Below are positions 45,885 through 50,886 of a stretch of 50,886 nt of DNA, one piece after another. The stretch comes from an uncultured Gammaproteobacteria bacterium (GTDB lineage Bacteria > Patescibacteriota > Microgenomatia > UBA8517), in the NCBI GenBank assembly GCA_964607795.1, contig CAZSLA010000002.1:1-50886 (forward strand). The letters are read 5' to 3'. A program made the position numbers and the translations under genes. Within the stretch, counting starts at the first letter, position 1. Every line of letters starts with the position of its first letter. The notes beneath the pieces were generated by a model. That model ran no database searches and was not told where the DNA came from. It saw only the letters and a list, made by a program, of their open reading frames with translations.

Positions 45885-46957
45885 TTTGTTATTCCTAAAA
45901 ATAAAGCCTCATATTTTTGGGCAATTTTATCCCAAGCATATTTTTCGGCTTGTTTTCTGGGCAAATTTTTCCAATCTTTGGCCAAGGCTTTTTTAAACGC
46001 TAAGGCAAAATTATCACTATCCTCGGGATGAACAAACAGCCCGGCATCCCCGACAATTTCCTGCCTTATGGGATCATCCGTGGCAACTACTGGCAAGCCG
46101 GAGGCCATGGCTTCCAAAAGCACGATACCAAAAGATTCCCAGGGGACAGTCGGAAACGCAAACAAATCACAAGCCCGATAAATAGCCGGCATCTGGTTGT
46201 AGGGCAGCGACAATATTTTATACCTTCCGGGGATAAGCTTCTGGCAAAGTGCCTCAAGGTGTTTTTTTTCCTCGCCGCTACCCACCAAGACCAGCGATCC
46301 CGCCTGCAGCCTAAAGACAGCTTTTACAATAAGATCCTGCCTTTTCCAATCAACCAGAGCAGACACGTTTAAAATAACAGGCTTTGGCAGATCCAAAGTA
46401 TAGGGCTTTCCTTGCATCGAAAATTTTTTAAGATCAATGCCGTTGGGAATTTTTTCCGTCCGCACTAACCTGTTTACTTTGCGGGCCCATTTTTTTTGAT
46501 AGTCGCTCAAAGCAATGAACCTGTGGGGAAAAATAAACAGGTTGATTTTGTCGTCCCTGCCCGGCCCGGATTGGCCTGAGATCACCATCTTTTTGCGTTT
46601 TTGCAAACACCAAAGCCTGGTTAAAACCGATTGCCACTGGCCGTTGGTGGGATAAACAATGTCCACATCAGGCTCCATCTCATTAAGCGCTCTTTTGGTA
46701 AAATCCTTAACCAACAAAGCATAGTAATTATTAAACGGCTTATAAGACTTTGCTGCCTTTGGCTCTGTTTGGTCCTTGATAATCACTGTTTTATACAAAG
46801 CCTCTGAAAACGCGCTGCCCGACTGGTAAACCAAAACCTGGTGCCCCAGGATGGTTAAAGCATTTGCAAGCTCATGGACAAAGGTCTCAACTCCGCGGCT
46901 AACCTTGCCGCTGTAATAGCTTAAAAATGCAAGCTTTAATTTTCTTTTTTCTGCCAT
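45881..46957 (-). CDS. Glycosyltransferase family 4 (GT-B)
   Basis: 358 aa with WESFGIVLLEAMASGLPVVATD. Confidence 0.85.
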   Translation of the reverse strand: MAEKRKLKLAFLSYYSGKVSRGVETFVHELANALTILGHQVLVYQSGSAFSEALYKTVIIKDQTEPKAAKSYKPFNNYYALLVKDFTKRALNEMEPDVDIVYPTNGQWQSVLTRLWCLQKRKKMVISGQSGPGRDDKINLFIFPHRFIALSDYQKKWARKVNRLVRTEKIPNGIDLKKFSMQGKPYTLDLPKPVILNVSALVDWKRQDLIVKAVFRLQAGSLVLVGSGEEKKHLEALCQKLIPGRYKILSLPYNQMPAIYRACDLFAFPTVPWESFGIVLLEAMASGLPVVATDDPIRQEIVGDAGLFVHPEDSDNFALAFKKALAKDWKNLPRKQAEKYAWDKIAQKYEALFLGITK

Positions 46958-48243
46958 ATGTTTATTTCACCCTCCAGGCTAGTACTATTATAGTTATTTC
47001 TGATCCAACGTGTAACTTCTTGAGGCTCATAGCCGCCGCTTTGCCAAACGACGATCTCGGGTGGGTTCAGGCTCCAGCGGTCAAGGACCGCTTGTTGAAA
47101 TCCAGGCACCTCCCAGTACCAGCCGTAATTATCCACCCAGGGCTTGGGCGGATAAGAGTTTGTTAAAATATAATAGTGCGAGGGCAAATTCAGGTAGTAT
47201 ACCCGACTACCTGAAACCACCTTTTTAAGTAAGGCCGCTTGCCCAGCTGTTTCGGGCTCATAAAACCTGGTATTTCCCTGCCAATCCCATTTAAGCTGCG
47301 CAGTCCTTAGCCATACAATTGCTAAAGTTGAGACAATAGCAAATAGACTAAAAAATCGATATTTGGCTGCCAGGTATGTCCACTGGATCACACTAAAGGC
47401 AATAAATACCTGCAAGTGGAAAAAAGAAAACCTGGGATAAAAAGCCAAAAACGACAAAACTAAAAAGCCCGGTAACATAATGTTTTGCTTGAAACTTTTT
47501 ATTTTTAAGAGGCTAGGCAAAAACAACAAAGCAACTATCAAAAACTCGTTTCTATGCATTGATAACTGGTAGTAGCCTGGGTAGTTTTTCCAGTAAAAAG
47601 TCGGGTAGATAAAATTCCAGTTTAAAAACCAAGTTAAATCACCACGCAACAAAAGGCAAATTACAAAGGCAAAAACAGGCATAAGCCCTAAAAATGAGCC
47701 CCTGAGTTTTGCTATATCAGACTTTGCCTGGTAAAGAAAATAAATATAGACGGGTGCAAAGATTAAGGCTGTTTGCTTTGTAAGAATGGCAATAGACCAA
47801 AACAAAAAAGCACCAAAGTAGTTTTTTCTCAAAATAAAAAGGGCGCTCAGAAGCATGGGGGTAAGCAAAAAAGTATCAAACCACAACATGTTGCCCTCAA
47901 GCGCAAACTGAAGCGGAATGTAAATGGCAAGCGCAAAAATGCCCCAGAGATGGCTTTTAGTTAGTTTTGTGACAAGCTGATAGATGACTGCGTCATTAAA
48001 CACAGTCACAAGCCAGAAAAATATTTTGAGTGTAAACACACCACCGCCAAACAACTTATAAATCCCAGCCAAAAAATAAGTCAAAAAAGGCGGATAAACA
48101 TGGACCATATCCTTATAAAGGTCAAAACCGTGTGTCCACAAATAAGGAAAACTTAGCATCTCGGGCCAGGCAGTAAAGCGAAATTGACTTAGTAAAAACA
48201 AATGAATTGCAAGAGGCAATATTATATGACAATATTTCTTCAT
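46936..48243 (-). CDS. Polytopic membrane protein, possibly a third GT-C-type transferase
   Basis: About 435 aa from the ATG at 48243 (ATGA overlap with the upstream stop). There are more than 10 hydrophobic helices and a soluble C-terminal ~100 aa. No diagnostic motif. Confidence 0.45.
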   Translation of the reverse strand: MKKYCHIILPLAIHLFLLSQFRFTAWPEMLSFPYLWTHGFDLYKDMVHVYPPFLTYFLAGIYKLFGGGVFTLKIFFWLVTVFNDAVIYQLVTKLTKSHLWGIFALAIYIPLQFALEGNMLWFDTFLLTPMLLSALFILRKNYFGAFLFWSIAILTKQTALIFAPVYIYFLYQAKSDIAKLRGSFLGLMPVFAFVICLLLRGDLTWFLNWNFIYPTFYWKNYPGYYQLSMHRNEFLIVALLFLPSLLKIKSFKQNIMLPGFLVLSFLAFYPRFSFFHLQVFIAFSVIQWTYLAAKYRFFSLFAIVSTLAIVWLRTAQLKWDWQGNTRFYEPETAGQAALLKKVVSGSRVYYLNLPSHYYILTNSYPPKPWVDNYGWYWEVPGFQQAVLDRWSLNPPEIVVWQSGGYEPQEVTRWIRNNYNSTSLEGEINIWQKKEN

Positions 48244-49058
48244 GCTTTTTTCCTTCCGATCACTGCCAAATTGGTTCCGCATTTGAAAATGGTTGTTATG
48301 ATATTACTCGGCAAATCCAAAATGTCCGCAATAAGGTGGATGTTTCGGCTTTTAATTTTTATTGTTTCACGCTTGATGGGGTTTGCCACATCAAAAATGC
48401 CGGACCAACTCCCCCACCAGACTGTGTCAAAATTAGCCTTGCGAAGCATTTTAGTCAGCGTTTCTTTGCTGAAGTGATGGACGTGCTCCCGGGGCAAAAG
48501 AGCTTTCCAATACTCTTTTTGCACTTTTTGTGCTAAGGACCCGAAATTCGGTACGTCAATGTAAACCAGTCCTTTTGGTTTCAAAATCACATTTACTTTT
48601 TTTAATGCAAAGAGCGGATCAGTCATGTGCTCCAAAGTATGATTTAAAATGGCCAGATCAAAACTGTTCATGCCCAGATCAACTTTTTCAAAGGGCAGAT
48701 CAATGATTTTAATGCTCTTTTTACGGGCAGCTTTTGCGCTTTCCGAGGGCTCAACACCGAGAGTTTCCCACCCATGTGCCTTGAATATGGAAAGAAGTAA
48801 ACCTGTGGAAGCCCCGATTTCTATGACCTTGCCCGGCTTTTCAAAGCGCTTTGATAAAAGTTCAAAGCGCTTAGCAAAAATATTTTCAAAGTCCTTATCA
48901 TATTTTAGATAATCAGGATCACGATGATATGCCCCGTACGAGGCAAAGCTTGTTTTATTAGTTCTCACCAAGCCACATTTCTGGCATTTTTCAATTGGCA
49001 CACCTTGTACTTGATAAATAGCTTTAAATTTGTTAGCACCGCAGAGTTTACACTTCAT
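48240..49058 (-). CDS. Class I SAM-dependent methyltransferase with an N-terminal zinc ribbon
   Basis: 272 aa with CKLCG...CQKCG and SAM motif I VIEIGASTG. Confidence 0.85.
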   Translation of the reverse strand: MKCKLCGANKFKAIYQVQGVPIEKCQKCGLVRTNKTSFASYGAYHRDPDYLKYDKDFENIFAKRFELLSKRFEKPGKVIEIGASTGLLLSIFKAHGWETLGVEPSESAKAARKKSIKIIDLPFEKVDLGMNSFDLAILNHTLEHMTDPLFALKKVNVILKPKGLVYIDVPNFGSLAQKVQKEYWKALLPREHVHHFSKETLTKMLRKANFDTVWWGSWSGIFDVANPIKRETIKIKSRNIHLIADILDLPSNIITTIFKCGTNLAVIGRKKA

Positions 49059-49062
49059 ATAA

Positions 49063-49902
49063 TTAATATCCGACTTTACTTGGGAATAACCTTCGCCTTA
49101 ATTTTCGAAGCGGAGTTTCGACCAGGGCACGTGTATAAAAACGCCTGTCCATGGGCTCCCATACGCTTTGCACAGTCTCAGGTTTTGGGCGAAAAAAACT
49201 TTCCGGATAGTAAAAATCAGAAGGGAATTTATAGCCCAATTCGTATTTGTATTTGTGTCTTCTTTTGGGGACCTTTGCATCGCCCTCCGGCGCGTTTGAA
49301 CGCTTTAAGAAAGTAGCATGTAAATAGGCTGCATTTAAAAACTTTATTTTTTGGGGATCCCGATCTTGGATCATTTTTCCCGACGCGTCTGCCCAGCCCC
49401 AGATACCGTGCGGTTTATCGGACTTAAGTCCAGGAATATACCGATTAATCGCGCGTAAATTATAGTGCCCGATCCTTCCCGCCAAACGGTAAAGCCCTGC
49501 TTTTTCTTCCTGATAATGGTACATATCTCCAAGTAGATTAATGGTTGGCACAACTACAGACTCATATTTGTCCCCGCTTTTATTAATAAAAGCGATTACT
49601 TTTTTAATCGATTTATCCCACCAAATTTCATCAGCATCAAGCATAATAAACCAATCCTCGCGGGTTTCATCAAGCATTTTTTGACGGACACCCTTGAAGC
49701 CGTAAATATCCACTTCATTCAAAAACCGAAGGTCTACTTTGTTCCCCAGATTTGCCTTTAGCGTTTTCAGGATTTGTATGCTTGCATCTGTGCTGCCTGT
49801 ATCCCAAAGATAGACTTTATCAACATGGGGAGCCACAGACATGACGCTGTACCACACAAATCTGTCTTCATTTTTTACCAAGGTGTGAGCAGCTATTTTC
49901 AT
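49063..49902 (-). CDS. Glycosyltransferase family 2-like
   Basis: 279 aa with HTLVKNEDRF, WDTGSTDAS, and the DxD motif LDADEIW. Confidence 0.72.
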   Translation of the reverse strand: MKIAAHTLVKNEDRFVWYSVMSVAPHVDKVYLWDTGSTDASIQILKTLKANLGNKVDLRFLNEVDIYGFKGVRQKMLDETREDWFIMLDADEIWWDKSIKKVIAFINKSGDKYESVVVPTINLLGDMYHYQEEKAGLYRLAGRIGHYNLRAINRYIPGLKSDKPHGIWGWADASGKMIQDRDPQKIKFLNAAYLHATFLKRSNAPEGDAKVPKRRHKYKYELGYKFPSDFYYPESFFRPKPETVQSVWEPMDRRFYTRALVETPLRKLRRRLFPSKVGY

Positions 49903-50886
49903 TTTTTAATTCTATAAATCACATAACTATATGCAGCTAAAAGCTGCACACTATTTGAAATACCCATAGCAACTGCTGTAACTAAAAGACCAAGGCTTGT
50001 AACCAACAGGCTATTTACTAATACTATTATTAACAACTGAATCAAACTAACAAATGCAATTAATTCCGGCTTTCCCATTGAATAAATAATCAAATTTACG
50101 GCTGGTGTAGACAAAATAAACGGTATATATGTAGCAAGAAGCAGCTGCAAAAATCGGGTTGATTCTTGATATTGGGGACCAAACAGATTCATTACCAAAG
50201 GTGAAACGATGATGCCAAAAACTAATCCTGCTACAAAAAATAATGACAGCTGTATTGTTTTAATAAAATAGGGAATGAGTTTTTGTTTTTCAAGAGTAGC
50301 GAAGCGTGGAGCAAGAACAGTTGCAAAGCTGCCAATAATTAAAGGTACACCAAGAGCTAGTTGTTTGGCTGCGGCATAAATCCCTGTTTCATAATTTGTA
50401 AGAAGGTGAAGGACAATAATAACATCTACCCTTCCTGATATTACTCCTAAGATTCGATTTATTCCCATAGCTCCTGAAAAAGGTACAAATGATTTTAGCC
50501 TGCTATCTAAACTGCGCGGAATAAAAAATGATAAAGGATTTACAAAGAATCTATAAAAAAATACCAGTAAAGGGCTTAAAGCATAAATGAGCAGTAAATT
50601 TGTTAAGGTAAGTGCTTTAAAATAATAAAAAACCAAAGTGACAACTAACCTTAGTAGGTTTGATAAAACCAACGTTGTTGCTGCTTTTTTAAAGTCCTTC
50701 TTTGTTTGCTCCCGATAAACTTGAAATTCATATAAATGGTATGTCGATATTGCAACCGCGGAAATTATCCAAAGTGTTGGTGAATCAATTGTAAAAACAA
50801 TCTTACTTACAAAGGGAGATCCTGAAAGAAGAACGACAAAAATAATAAATGTAGTTATTAGTCTAACTGAAAAGATATAATCAACC
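49899..50886 (-). CDS. Wzx-like polysaccharide / oligosaccharide flippase (MOP superfamily), 5' end outside the window
   Basis: The frame is open from the window edge (VDYIFSVRLITTFIIF...) through the track ORF. It is polytopic throughout, with YAAAKQLALG and APRFA as in the Polysacc_synt family. Confidence 0.7.
   Translation of the reverse strand, partial: VDYIFSVRLITTFIIFVVLLSGSPFVSKIVFTIDSPTLWIISAVAISTYHLYEFQVYREQTKKDFKKAATTLVLSNLLRLVVTLVFYYFKALTLTNLLLIYALSPLLVFFYRFFVNPLSFFIPRSLDSRLKSFVPFSGAMGINRILGVISGRVDVIIVLHLLTNYETGIYAAAKQLALGVPLIIGSFATVLAPRFATLEKQKLIPYFIKTIQLSLFFVAGLVFGIIVSPLVMNLFGPQYQESTRFLQLLLATYIPFILSTPAVNLIIYSMGKPELIAFVSLIQLLIIVLVNSLLVTSLGLLVTAVAMGISNSVQLLAAYSYVIYRIKK

Noticed and set aside
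1-50886. An alternative genetic code with TGA read as Gly (code 25 of Gracilibacteria/Absconditabacteria), considered because of the CPR-like gene content.
   Set aside because: Conserved genes are full-length under code 11. TGA closes several genes exactly at ATGA or TGAtATG junctions with the next gene (for example 28616, 40267 and 48240).
1-50886. CRISPR arrays, rRNA, tRNA, IS elements, integrases or prophage genes.
   Set aside because: I noticed no spaced direct repeats, no conserved rRNA/tRNA strings, and no DDE transposase, recombinase or capsid-like ORFs in the six-frame track. Intergenic space is too small, apart from the regions discussed above.

Overview
This 50.9-kb window looks like a small, AT-leaning bacterial genome. 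The gene content (FemX in the dcw cluster, DUF4012, many glycosyltransferases and GT-C enzymes) suggests Patescibacteria/CPR, but I cannot verify that from sequence alone. Standard code 11 fits: long intact ORFs, and TGA and TAA are both used as terminators. Almost every gene lies on the minus strand with overlapping or abutting stop and start codons.

There are three blocks:
- **1-12.9 kb, housekeeping and division:** parB (partial), rpmA, rplU, a SEDS gene (rodA-like), ileS, a small HTH gene plus a coupled ORF, then ftsZ-ftsA-ftsQ-murG-ftsW-mraY.
- **12.9-25.8 kb, atypical upstream half of the dcw cluster:** mraZ-rsmH-ftsL-ftsI, a murA C-terminal relic, a decayed murE, a 2.7-kb insert, a 3'-truncated ddl, a frameshifted ykvI-like fragment, then an alpha/beta hydrolase, a MurF-like ligase with a polytopic membrane N-terminus, a DegT-type aminotransferase and a FemAB-family transferase. 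The insert holds the only intact plus-strand genes: a beta-propeller, an overlapping P-loop kinase / histidine phosphatase pair, and a small ORF.
- **25.9-50.9 kb:** an exported hypothetical, glyQS and recO, then a ~22-kb single-strand surface-glycan operon. It encodes DUF4012, a priming phosphoglycosyl transferase, a ManC-like enzyme, six GT4, three GT2, two to three GT-C membrane transferases, a Wzy_C/O-antigen-ligase-like protein, a DedA/VTT protein, an acetyltransferase, a methyltransferase and a partial Wzx-like flippase.

I saw no rRNA, tRNA, CRISPR array, transposase or integrase.

Most worth follow-up:
- the cluster of lesions in cytoplasmic peptidoglycan-precursor genes around the inserted kinase/phosphatase island;
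- the membrane-fused MurF with its co-translated DegT/FemX partners;
- a ~265-nt structured leader with a near-consensus promoter and a terminator-like hairpin upstream of ileS;
- phased TGGTG repeats (candidate MraZ boxes) upstream of mraZ;
- a perfect 11-bp palindrome enclosing the ribosome-binding site of a sigma-region-4-like HTH gene downstream of ftsZ.
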